From NCBI GenBank assembly GCA_025363015.1, contig JANYEQ010000069.1:16344-80343 (forward strand): 64,000 nt of DNA, read 5' to 3'. Both the position numbers and the translations under genes were made by a program. This DNA is from Bacteroidota bacterium. Its GTDB lineage: Bacteria; Bacteroidota; Bacteroidia; B-17B0; Aurantibacillaceae. Of the stretch, positions 18,519 through 28,115 are shown one piece after another. Every line of letters begins with the position of its first letter. Positions within the stretch are counted from its first letter, which is position 1. The notes beneath the pieces are model-generated. The model was not told the DNA's origin and did not search any database. It was given only the letters and a program-made list of their open reading frames with translations.

Positions 18519-19139
18519 TTAGATAAGTTTATTATCCAAGGCGTATCTGGTAATTTCTGCATTGTTGTTCAGGTTTAGTTTTTCAAGAACACGTGTGCGG
18601 TAGGTGCTTATGGTATTTACGCTGAGAGAAATTTCTGAAGCAATCTCCGATACTGTTTTACCAGAAGCAATTAATTGGAGTACCTGCATTTCTCTGTCAG
18701 AAAGTTGTTCGTGATCAGGATTTTCTCCAAATGTTTCGGCTAGTTTTTCGGTTAAGGAAGCAGAAACATATTTTTTTCCAGATAATACTTTACGTATAGC
18801 AATTAGCAATTCTTCAGTTGCACTTTCTTTATTTACAAAACCAGAGGCGCCAGCTTTTAAGGCTCTTAAGGCATACTGCTCTTCAGAATGCATACTAATC
18901 ATTAATATAGGTGCCTTAATTTCATTTGCTCTTATTTGCTTTAAAATTTCAATTCCATTGCGGCCAGGCATAGATATATCGAGTAAAATAACATCCCAGT
19001 TTTGTTTACACAATTGATCGAATACTTCATGACCATTGGAAACTTCTGTAATTTCAGCATCTGGAAATTCTTCGCGCAAAACTAGCACTAATCCTTTTCG
19101 AACAATGGCATGGTCATCTGCAATCAAAAAATTCATCAT
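18519..19139 (-). CDS. NarL/FixJ-family response regulator (receiver + LuxR HTH)
   Basis: IADDHAIVRKG, LLDISMPG, GASGFVNK and LSDREMQVLQLIASGKTVSEIA...SVNTISTYRTRV. Confidence 0.95.
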   Translation of the reverse strand: MMNFLIADDHAIVRKGLVLVLREEFPDAEITEVSNGHEVFDQLCKQNWDVILLDISMPGRNGIEILKQIRANEIKAPILMISMHSEEQYALRALKAGASGFVNKESATEELLIAIRKVLSGKKYVSASLTEKLAETFGENPDHEQLSDREMQVLQLIASGKTVSEIASEISLSVNTISTYRTRVLEKLNLNNNAEITRYALDNKLI

Positions 19140-19144
19140 TTTTT

Positions 19145-21457
19145 TTAATTTAATGGTATTTTTAATGTTATAGTAGTACCTTTTAATTTTTCACTTTCAA
19201 TTACTAATTTTCCGTTCAAAAGTGCGGCTCTTTCTTTTATCCCCACTATTCCCCAAGAATCTTTATTTCTTAATTTACCCACATTAAAACCTTTTCCATT
19301 GTCTTTTATAGTGAGTTCTAAATACTCTCCTATTTTTTCAACAGAGGTATTAATTTGAGTGGCAGCAGAGTGCCTAATAATATTTGTTAATGCTTCCTGG
19401 AAGATTCTAAATATATTAGTTGAAATAGTTTGATCCAGAGGAATGTCACTTATATTAGTACAAAAGTTCCATTTAATACCAGTACGTTTCTCATATTCCT
19501 CTCCTTGCCATTCAAGTGCAGGAATTAGCCCCAGATCATCGAGAATTCCCGGACGAAGGTCTGAGGAAATTCTTCTTACCATTTTTACTGTATCATCAAT
19601 AAGACCAATCATGTTTGATAATTTTTCTGTGATGGGTTTATCACTCAAAACTAGTTTTTTAATGATCCATGAGATATCCATTTTTAAGGCAGTTAGTTGT
19701 TGGCCAAGTTCATCATGTATTTCACGTGCAATTCTTGTTCTCTCTTTTTCTCTAACAAACTGTAAATGCGTGGTTAATTCCTGTAACTGATTATAAGAGG
19801 ATGTGATCTCGGCCTCTGCTTTTAACTTGTCAGTCACATCATCCAACAGCACTAATGAAACTCTTTTTCCTTCATAGTTTATTAGATGCGCGGTAATGGA
19901 AATAAACATCAACTCTCCATTTTTTTTCTTGTGTCGCCACACTTTCTTGTGAATTCTACCATAAGTTTCCTCAGACTTTACCCGATCCTCAATAAGCGGA
20001 ATATCCTCTACGGGTCTTAAGTCTTTAATGGTCAAACTCAAAAATTCATCTCTGGAATATCCGTATTTTATTAAGGCTTCTTCGTTACAATCTATAATTT
20101 TTAGTGTTTTAAACTCCCATAATATCATGGGCATTGGATTACTTTCAAAAAGGTATTTGTATTTTTTTTCACTTTCTTTTAATGCTGCTTGTGCTATTAT
20201 CCGCTCACTTATATCGTGACAGGTTCCTATTGCAGTTACTGGCTTGCCTTCTTCATTTTTAAAAACTCGCCAGCGTTCTTCTACATATTTTGTTTTACCT
20301 TTAGGAGAAACAATTCTATGTTCTATTGTATTTAATATGTTATTGTTTAAAGAATTTAGAAACGCATCGTCCACTTTTTTTCGGTCTTCGGGATGCACAA
20401 ACTTCAAAAAATTTGGATGTGATGTTGTGTGATTACATTCATCAATTTCAAAAATCCGAAAAGTCTCTTTAGACCATAAAACATCAAAAGTTACGAGGTT
20501 GGTTTCCCAGCTACCAATTTTTGCAACTTCCTGAGCTTCGCCTAATCGCGCTTCACTATGTTTAACATTCTTTTGTATATTAATTAATTCAATTGTTTTT
20601 TTATCTACCAAGTGATTTAACTTTTCTGGCAGACGTTTTAAATACCAAATAAATAAACCTGCAGTTATAGAAAAAACAAATCCAAGAAGAGAGAACGCAA
20701 ATACCTCAAAAGGCATCTTCGTATCCTTCTGCATCACATACAACTTCCACTCTCTATCAGGTAGCATAACTGAAATTGATTTTGTTTTATCAAAAGGAAC
20801 ATCTGTAGATAGAAAAAAATCTTCCTGCAAAGTAGTAGGATTTATTTTTGATAACTGGTAAATAAATTGTTTGTTTTGAAGAGATATGCCGGCGGCTTTT
20901 AAAAGCGTTGAGAGTTTAATAATAACCACCGAGAAACCTTCAAACTTATTATCTACAAAAAATGGAAGTCTGCCAACCACAGCAAGGCCTCCTTGTTTTA
21001 ATTCCAAAGGGCCTGCAAAATAAAGTTCTTTTTTCTTAATTGCTTTATAGGCTTCTTTATTAGCAATACTATCTGCTAAAACATCAAAGCCTATTGCAGA
21101 CTCATTACCCTTTAGTGGATAAATGTTAGTTATAAGTCCTTTTTTAGTTAACTCAAGAGCGTCGATATATTTACAAGATTCTAATATATTTTTTGCAAGG
21201 CTGTCAAAATCTTTTGGTGTACCATACCTATTAATTATAAAAGCTAAAGTTTTTGTTGCAGATAAGCCATTACTTATAGCAGTTTTTAAGTTGTAATTAA
21301 CCGAATTGATTTCTTTAAGAACTTCAGTTTTTTTTTGATTCTTATTAATTAAATAACTTTGATAGGCAATACCAAAAGTTAGGAATGCCGCTATTATAAA
21401 AACAGTAATGCCACTCCAAATTGGTTTTCCAATTAATACAGAAATAAAGCCTTTCAT
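19145..21457 (-). CDS. CHASE-PAS-PAS histidine kinase (HisKA_3, NarX/UhpB type)
   Basis: TM-CHASE-TM (IYPLKGNESAIGFDV...AGPLELKQGGLAVVGRLP), PAS domains, IAREIHDELGQQLT, FRIFQEALTNIIRHS and DNGKGF. Confidence 0.92.
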   Translation of the reverse strand: MKGFISVLIGKPIWSGITVFIIAAFLTFGIAYQSYLINKNQKKTEVLKEINSVNYNLKTAISNGLSATKTLAFIINRYGTPKDFDSLAKNILESCKYIDALELTKKGLITNIYPLKGNESAIGFDVLADSIANKEAYKAIKKKELYFAGPLELKQGGLAVVGRLPFFVDNKFEGFSVVIIKLSTLLKAAGISLQNKQFIYQLSKINPTTLQEDFFLSTDVPFDKTKSISVMLPDREWKLYVMQKDTKMPFEVFAFSLLGFVFSITAGLFIWYLKRLPEKLNHLVDKKTIELINIQKNVKHSEARLGEAQEVAKIGSWETNLVTFDVLWSKETFRIFEIDECNHTTSHPNFLKFVHPEDRKKVDDAFLNSLNNNILNTIEHRIVSPKGKTKYVEERWRVFKNEEGKPVTAIGTCHDISERIIAQAALKESEKKYKYLFESNPMPMILWEFKTLKIIDCNEEALIKYGYSRDEFLSLTIKDLRPVEDIPLIEDRVKSEETYGRIHKKVWRHKKKNGELMFISITAHLINYEGKRVSLVLLDDVTDKLKAEAEITSSYNQLQELTTHLQFVREKERTRIAREIHDELGQQLTALKMDISWIIKKLVLSDKPITEKLSNMIGLIDDTVKMVRRISSDLRPGILDDLGLIPALEWQGEEYEKRTGIKWNFCTNISDIPLDQTISTNIFRIFQEALTNIIRHSAATQINTSVEKIGEYLELTIKDNGKGFNVGKLRNKDSWGIVGIKERAALLNGKLVIESEKLKGTTITLKIPLN

Positions 21458-21863
21458 GTATCTAATTTAAGCATTATTGTTTAGTAAAACAATACTAAAT
21501 CTATTTATTTTAAATAATATTTTAGCATATTTAAACTACATGGCATTGTGGCAAAAAATAACTATTACACGAGTTTACAAGCAAAAAATTATGGTTAGTC
21601 TGGTGCTGCTTGATTTTTTAATAATTAGGTTGGGGCTTAGAAATATAAGTATAGGTTAAATAAAATTTAACACAACAAATAACCGTTAAAATAGCAAAAT
21701 ACAGTATAGCATTTAACCATATTGTTTTTAGTTTTTATCATGATAAAATTTATTCACACGTTACAGTTTTGTAGTAAATCTTACATGGGTAATACTATAT
21801 TTATTTTGAGATAGTAGTATGTTATAGGCTTCCTAATTTTACAAAAAATTAAAATATAAAATC

Positions 21864-22400
21864 ATGAGAACAATTACTAAATCATTACTAGTAGTAGTAT
21901 TATTTATGCAAATTCAATTTGCTTATGCAAACGTTAGTATCTTTTCAAATAAAAAAGATAGTGTAGTTTATCTGGAAATTAGAGGGAGGGCTATTATTAG
22001 AGAAAAGATGAAAGATGATGTTTATAAAGTGCAGCTTATGGAAAACAATAAAGTTATTGATTCCGTTTTGGAAAGCGACAACGAAATGTTTTCTTTTGGT
22101 TTACAAAAAAACTGCTTCTATTCATTAAAAATTTATAAAAAAGGTTATCTATCTAAATTAATAGTTATAAATACATACATCCCTGAAAGTAAATACCTGA
22201 AAGACTACTTTATATTTGAATTTGAAACTGAGTTAATAAATATTGTAGAAGAAGAAAAATTAGATCAAGATACGAAAGATTTTCCTATTGCAATTATCCA
22301 ATTTGATAAATTAAAACAAGGGTTTGATTATAACCAGCTTTATACATATAATATAAAAAAAGATTTATATAAACAGGAAATTATTAGTAATAATAAGTAA
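21864..22400 (+). CDS. Exported hypothetical protein, prealbumin/carboxypeptidase-regulatory-like fold
   Basis: Signal peptide; FSFGL...YSLKIYKKGYLSK pattern typical of this fold. Confidence 0.65.
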   Translation: MRTITKSLLVVVLFMQIQFAYANVSIFSNKKDSVVYLEIRGRAIIREKMKDDVYKVQLMENNKVIDSVLESDNEMFSFGLQKNCFYSLKIYKKGYLSKLIVINTYIPESKYLKDYFIFEFETELINIVEEEKLDQDTKDFPIAIIQFDKLKQGFDYNQLYTYNIKKDLYKQEIISNNK

Positions 22401-22484
22401 TACAAAGGCAATAAACCTATTTAAAAAACACTCCAATTAGATTAGGTATTACTTTATTTTAAGTTATTTTATAGCTAAACTACT

Positions 22485-23528
22485 ATGAAAAAAAATAAAG
22501 ATTTTAAGGAAGTAATAGAATGTTATACTGAGGCTATGATTATTTTTAATACAAAAGGTACTGTTAAATTTGTTAATTTAAATGCCGAAAAAATATTTGG
22601 GTATCAAACAAAAGAACTTTTGGGTAGAGGGCTAGAAGAATTGATAGCTAAAAGATTTTTAATAAATTACAAAAAACTTAAAGAATCTTATTTTAATTTT
22701 CCGCATGTTAACAGTATGAATAATGAGCTGTCGCTTTTTGGAAAAAGAAAAGATGGCAGCGAGTTTCCGATAAAGATAAGTATAGTTCCAACAAAAAAAG
22801 GCGGTTTAATAACTGCTACTATAAAAGATGTATCAGAAAAATTACCGAATGATCATTTTATTAAAAAAGTAAAACAATTAGAAGATTTTGCTTATATAAC
22901 CTCTCACAATTTACGTTCGCCAGTTTCCAATTTATCATCGCTTATTGATATTTATAAAAGAGAAAAGACATCAGTTGGTAAAGAAGTTTTATTTGGTAAG
23001 TTTGAGCAAATAGTTGAAAAACTGAGCGAAACGCTTAATAGTTTGGTGGATGTACTAATTATACAAAATGATGCAAATAAAACGATATCTAAAATAAGTT
23101 TCCTATCAATTTATAATAAAGTAATAGCTAATCTTGAGTATTCTATTAAAGACGCGCAAGCTGAGATACATGTCGATTTCTCTAAAGCATCAACGATTGA
23201 GTATTCTAAAATATATTTAGAAAGTATTATTCAAAATTTGTTGAGTAATGCCTTAAAATATTCTTCTTTTAAACGTACACCTATTATAAATATTAAAACA
23301 AGTATAATAAATGATAAAATACAATTAATAATTAGTGATAATGGTTTAGGAATTGATTTAAAAAAACATGGGTCAAATATGTTTAAATTAAATAAAACAT
23401 TTCATAAAAACCCTGACGCTAAAGGAGTAGGATTATATATAACAAAAGCGCAGATTGATACAATGGGAGGGAAAATTACTGTTGAAAGCAAGGTTGATAA
23501 AGGTACAACGTTTACAATTATTTTTTAA
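22485..23528 (+). CDS. Cytoplasmic PAS histidine kinase
   Basis: PAS/PAC (GKRKDGSEFPIKISI), H-box SHNLRSPV, NLLSNALKY, DNGLGID, GVGLYIT; no TM segment. Confidence 0.93.
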   Translation: MKKNKDFKEVIECYTEAMIIFNTKGTVKFVNLNAEKIFGYQTKELLGRGLEELIAKRFLINYKKLKESYFNFPHVNSMNNELSLFGKRKDGSEFPIKISIVPTKKGGLITATIKDVSEKLPNDHFIKKVKQLEDFAYITSHNLRSPVSNLSSLIDIYKREKTSVGKEVLFGKFEQIVEKLSETLNSLVDVLIIQNDANKTISKISFLSIYNKVIANLEYSIKDAQAEIHVDFSKASTIEYSKIYLESIIQNLLSNALKYSSFKRTPIINIKTSIINDKIQLIISDNGLGIDLKKHGSNMFKLNKTFHKNPDAKGVGLYITKAQIDTMGGKITVESKVDKGTTFTIIF

Positions 23529-23675
23529 AATTTAATGAAAACTAAAAGAACTTGAAAGCATACATTAAAAGACGATACCAAGTAAGTGATACTAAAAGTT
23601 ATTTAATTAAGCCTATTACCCACAAAAAATTTAATACAATTATGTTTATATTAGAGTATTAATTAAATAGCCAAA

Positions 23676-25106
23676 ATGAATAAACTTAAAAAAATTATTT
23701 CAAAAATAAGTCAAGAACAATTTAGCGAATTTAAAGAAAGTTTAAAAGGGACTAATTCTATTAAGTTTCATTTTTTACTAATCGAGTATAAAAATGACTT
23801 ACTTTCGGACGATGACATAAAAAATCAATTAAACTGTACTGATAATTCTTATTATGTTTTAAAGTCAAGACTATATGATAGGATACAAAAATTTATTTTA
23901 AGTAACAACAATTCATCACTAAACGAAGCGGCTATAAATGTGAGTTCTGATTTAACTCATTATTTATATGAATTTCCTAATGAAATAACCGTTGCTATGC
24001 TTCAAGAACTAGAAAATAAATACATTGCACTTGATTCATCTAACGACCTAATCATCGTTTACAGTGCACTAAAAAAGGCACATTTTTACTCAGATAAATA
24101 TTATGCTTATTCTCAGTTATATAATAATCAGGTAGCTTATACTCTTTCGTTAGAAAAGGCTGAGGAGACATTATATAATTTTAACCGAACACTTGCCAGT
24201 TACTTTTTTTCTGGTGCTTTGAACGATATTGAATTGATGAAGTTATTAATTAAAGAAATTAAAAATATTTATTCTTTATATAAATCATCTCGTATAGAAC
24301 TTATATTAAATATTATCTTAATACAATCCACACTATTTGCTAAAATGGATTATAAAGATGAACCTGCAGTGGAGGATCTTTTGAGTGCATGTGAAAAAAT
24401 ATTGCTCCAGTATAGTAACGATTCAAAAATAAATTACTTTAATCCTGTTATAAAATTTTTATATTTTGAATATTATTTTTCATTAAATCAACTAAAAAAA
24501 GCTAGCATATATTATAACGAATTAGAAAAATATTCTCAAAAATGGTTACTTCAAAATAACTCATGTTTAGCCTTTAAATTTTTATTATCAAAAATAGACT
24601 ATTTGTTGAAGCAAGAACAGAAAACAGAAATTGGTAAACATTTTGAAGATATGTATTTTGATAGTAAAGACTTGTATACAGATGTTATTTGTAAGTTTTA
24701 CAAAGGAATTTCTTTATTTTACGACGATAAAACTAAAAAAAGTATATCAACTCTAAACGATTTATTAAATGAAATTAGTTTTAAAAATTTTTTTTATATC
24801 GAAAGTGAAATAAAGCTATCCTTAGCCTTTCTCTATATTTCGCAAAATGAATTTGAATTGGCAGAAAACATTCTAAAAGGTCTGGGAAGAAAATTAGCTT
24901 CTATTAAAACAAAAGAATATAGAAACATTAAAGAAGGAATTAAATTATTTAACATATTAATAAACGGTATTAATAAAACAGCGACGTTAAAGAAATATAA
25001 AGATAGCTTAGAACAGTTTGAGTTTTATAATTCTAAGGATAAAAAAGTTTTAAGCTACTTAATGCCAGAACTGGAGTTTTTGTCATCAGGAAATAGAAGA
25101 AAGTGA
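23676..25106 (+). CDS. Hypothetical all-helical protein (putative N-terminal HTH + TPR-like region)
   Basis: 476-aa ORF with no signal peptide. N-terminal DDDIKNQLNCTDNSYYVLKSRLYDRI looks HTH-like; the rest has helical-repeat-like segments (YFSLNQLKKASIYY, LAFLYISQNEFELAENIL). Confidence 0.7.
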   Translation: MNKLKKIISKISQEQFSEFKESLKGTNSIKFHFLLIEYKNDLLSDDDIKNQLNCTDNSYYVLKSRLYDRIQKFILSNNNSSLNEAAINVSSDLTHYLYEFPNEITVAMLQELENKYIALDSSNDLIIVYSALKKAHFYSDKYYAYSQLYNNQVAYTLSLEKAEETLYNFNRTLASYFFSGALNDIELMKLLIKEIKNIYSLYKSSRIELILNIILIQSTLFAKMDYKDEPAVEDLLSACEKILLQYSNDSKINYFNPVIKFLYFEYYFSLNQLKKASIYYNELEKYSQKWLLQNNSCLAFKFLLSKIDYLLKQEQKTEIGKHFEDMYFDSKDLYTDVICKFYKGISLFYDDKTKKSISTLNDLLNEISFKNFFYIESEIKLSLAFLYISQNEFELAENILKGLGRKLASIKTKEYRNIKEGIKLFNILINGINKTATLKKYKDSLEQFEFYNSKDKKVLSYLMPELEFLSSGNRRK

Positions 25107-25517
25107 TTCCTGCGTAAGAGGCTTATTTAAGAAGATGATATTTGGCTTTAGTCTTTTAGCAATCTCCCTGTCTTCAGCATTTAAAGAAGAGGTAAGAATA
25201 ACAATTTTACACGTTTTTACAAATTCCTGAGGCATTTCATAAAATTTTTCAATAAACCGAAATCCATTAAGCACAGGCATATTCAAATCTACGAAAATAA
25301 CCTCTGGCAACATTTCTTCTAAAGTATCTTTGTTTACATATAAATTATTAAGAAATTCAAGAGCACTTAATCCATTTGTATTGGTATAAATTTTGTCAGC
25401 AAAAGAGTTCGCTTCAATAATTTTTTGATTAATAAAGTTATCCATATCATTATCATCAATAAGCATAACAGTGCTATAACTGCATGTTGGTTTTTTAATT
25501 TTTAATGTTTTTCTCAT
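25086..25517 (-). CDS. Single-domain response regulator
   Basis: VMLIDDNDMDN, IFVDLNMPVLNG, IVILTSS, FLNKPLT. Confidence 0.93.
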   Translation of the reverse strand: MRKTLKIKKPTCSYSTVMLIDDNDMDNFINQKIIEANSFADKIYTNTNGLSALEFLNNLYVNKDTLEEMLPEVIFVDLNMPVLNGFRFIEKFYEMPQEFVKTCKIVILTSSLNAEDREIAKRLKPNIIFLNKPLTQESLSSIS

Positions 25518-25665
25518 GATATATTACAAATATAAATATAATTAAAAGATAAATGTAGTATGATTAAAAATATATTCATTTGATTAAATATATTTTTTTG
25601 TTACAATTTAAATAGTTGCGTTTATCATATAATTTGAAATATTATATTTTTTACTTTATATTTTA

Positions 25666-26292
25666 TTAAAAATTTAAAGCTAAACCAGTTGTTAACATTA
25701 TTGAAACTCCGTTATAATCTCTAAAAAGATAACGTTCGCCTTTAAGTGTTTTCCAGCCACCAAAACCTATAGAATTACAGCATTTTAGTCTTTCGGTTAG
25801 CTTCACATTCAATCCAAACCCAATATACGCTTCAAGGGCAGTAAACTTTAAATCATCAAATGGTATCTTAGAGTCTGTAACAATCATTTTTTCGCTATTA
25901 ATTTGAGACTTGGATAAATAAGCATTACAATTATATTTAATAGTAGAATATACAAATAATTCTAAATCACCAGCGCAACTATTATTATATTCTTTTGATT
26001 CATCAAATAATGTATACTCAAAGTTTATTTGCATACCTGAAATATTAAATTTGCGTTTTTGAATGTTTAGGCCTAACTCTATTTTACAGTCATTTAATTT
26101 ATAAAATAGACTAGGTGTATACATTGCTCCAAAACCTTGACCGCTCATAGAAGTAGTTGCGGATATTCCAAACTTAGTTTTTTCATTTTGTGAATGCATA
26201 GCATTATTTAAAGAAAATGATAATGCTAAAATACAAACTCCTTTAAAAGTGTACTGAACTTTTTGCCCAAATTTAGTTTTTTGATTTTTCAT
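25666..26292 (-). CDS. Outer-membrane beta-barrel hypothetical protein
   Basis: Signal peptide, amphipathic strands, terminal Phe (TTGLALNF). Confidence 0.65.
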   Translation of the reverse strand: MKNQKTKFGQKVQYTFKGVCILALSFSLNNAMHSQNEKTKFGISATTSMSGQGFGAMYTPSLFYKLNDCKIELGLNIQKRKFNISGMQINFEYTLFDESKEYNNSCAGDLELFVYSTIKYNCNAYLSKSQINSEKMIVTDSKIPFDDLKFTALEAYIGFGLNVKLTERLKCCNSIGFGGWKTLKGERYLFRDYNGVSIMLTTGLALNF

Positions 26293-26521
26293 GATATAAA
26301 CGTTTTTAATTATTCGTTACAAAATAAAAGCATAAACTTCGGGCAATAAATTCAATAAATACATTAAGCTTAACGGCCGTAAGTATTTTTATATTTTTGT
26401 TTTATAACGCCTATTAATTACAAAAAATAAAATATTAGTAAGTGATGTAAGATTTCAGTTCTTTCTGTATAAATATTTCAACTTGTTTTAAGATACTTTG
26501 TTGAAATAAATATACATTAGT

Positions 26522-27856
26522 ATGAAAGCAAGTCCATTTAGTATTCAACCTTCATCCACTATTACTTTTAAAAACCAGGGAGTGATACAACCATCTAAAA
26601 AAACTACTGAGGTTACTCAAAAGTTAGGTAAATATAGTAAAGGACTATCTGAACAAAGTTTGTTTTATTATTTGTTTGATTTATTGGACACGAATAGAAA
26701 TATTAATTATGTTTTACAAAAAATAGTGGATACTTTACCTTCTGCGGCCCAGTTTAAACAAAAAATATACGCTAGAATAGTATTTAATAATTTTGAATAC
26801 CGTACAACTAACTTTATTGAAACGCCTATTACATTAAACGTAGCTTTTAAAACCCATAGAGATAAAAAAGGGCAATTAGAAATTTTTTATTTAACAAAAT
26901 CTGTGAGCAAACACCAAGAAGTATTATTTGTTGAACAGCAGTTGTTGATTGATGCTATTTCAAAAATGATAATTAGTTGGTTAAACAGATATGAAACTGA
27001 AAAAGAGCTAGAAACGATGTTAGTTCAACTTGAAATGAAAATTGAAGACAGAACAGAACAACTCAAAAAAGCTAATCAGAAGTTAATTGATATGAATAAA
27101 GATATTAATGATAGTATTAATTATGCCAATAGAATACAAAGAGCCATTTTACCAACTAACGACATAATGAATCTAGTATTTAAAGAGGCATTTGTTTTTT
27201 ATAAACCCAAAGATATTATTAGTGGTGATTTTTATTGGCTTCATAAAACAGCAAATAAAATATTTTATGCATGTGCAGATTGCACTGGGCATGGAGTTCC
27301 AGGCGCATTAATGTCGATGGTTGGTCATCAATTATTAGATCATATTATTATTGATAAAAAAATATTTGAACCAAACCGTATTTTAGAAGAAATGGATTTG
27401 GCTATTATTAAACTGTTTAAAAAAAGTCAATTGTCCGATCATTTAAGAGATGGTATGGCGATATCATTATGCGTTATAGATATGAAAGACAATATAATTT
27501 CATACGCAGGAGCTTATAATAATGCCTATATGTTTGTAAAAGACGAGTTAGTTGTTTTAGAAGCAGACAGACAATCTATTGGTGGAAATGAATTGCAAGG
27601 CGGAAAAAAATTTAACAAAATAATTAAGGAGTATGCTAGTGGTGATTTGATATACATGTTTACTGATGGGTTACCGGATCAATTTGGTGGGCCAAAGGGG
27701 AAAAAGTTTATGCGGAAAAATCTTTTAAATTTAATTACTAAAAACAAAAATGAAAGGATGGAGCTACAAGGAGAAATAGTTGAGTATTCATTTGAAAAAT
27801 GGAAGAGGAATAATTTTCAAGTAGATGATGTTACTTTAATAGGAGTAAAATTATAA
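26522..27856 (+). CDS. GAF-like + coiled coil + SpoIIE/PP2C (RsbU-type) Ser/Thr phosphatase
   Basis: ANRIQRAILP, SGDFYW, ADCTGHGVPGA, DGMAIS, FTDGLPDQFGG, DDVTLIGV. Confidence 0.92.
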   Translation: MKASPFSIQPSSTITFKNQGVIQPSKKTTEVTQKLGKYSKGLSEQSLFYYLFDLLDTNRNINYVLQKIVDTLPSAAQFKQKIYARIVFNNFEYRTTNFIETPITLNVAFKTHRDKKGQLEIFYLTKSVSKHQEVLFVEQQLLIDAISKMIISWLNRYETEKELETMLVQLEMKIEDRTEQLKKANQKLIDMNKDINDSINYANRIQRAILPTNDIMNLVFKEAFVFYKPKDIISGDFYWLHKTANKIFYACADCTGHGVPGALMSMVGHQLLDHIIIDKKIFEPNRILEEMDLAIIKLFKKSQLSDHLRDGMAISLCVIDMKDNIISYAGAYNNAYMFVKDELVVLEADRQSIGGNELQGGKKFNKIIKEYASGDLIYMFTDGLPDQFGGPKGKKFMRKNLLNLITKNKNERMELQGEIVEYSFEKWKRNNFQVDDVTLIGVKL

Positions 27857-28085
27857 GAGTAAGGTAAGTCATAATTGTACAACCATCATTTTAAAGTATA
27901 TTTAAAGTAAATTGTTACGTTATTTTGAGGTATTAGAAATCAACCATCTAACTGGCAATTTTTAATTAATATTATAATTCTTATCGCAATTGTGGTTTAG
28001 CATCAAAATTTTATATGTGTTGGCGAAAACAAATAAATTTAACATTAAACTAATTAAAAATTTGATGTAACCACACTAATAACCA

Positions 28086-28104
28086 TTTGAGCGCAACCGA
28101 AGAA
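28086..28104. repeat. Degenerate REP-like element downstream of terC
   Basis: TTTGAGCGCAACCGAAGAA resembles the TGAGCGcAGTCGAAG REP-like consensus as I recall it; intergenic, 11 nt past the terC stop. Confidence 0.4.
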
Positions 28105-28115
28105 CATTCATCAAT

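Noticed and set aside
21477-21659. 60-aa ORF in the divergent intergenic region of the signalling block
   Set aside because: No motif or clear signal peptide, and it overlaps the expected promoter region of the CHASE kinase. It cannot be supported without Ribo-seq.
14171-28115. Signalling block as an active mobile element or prophage
   Set aside because: No integrase, transposase, tRNA target or terminal direct repeat was seen; only a qualitative codon shift.
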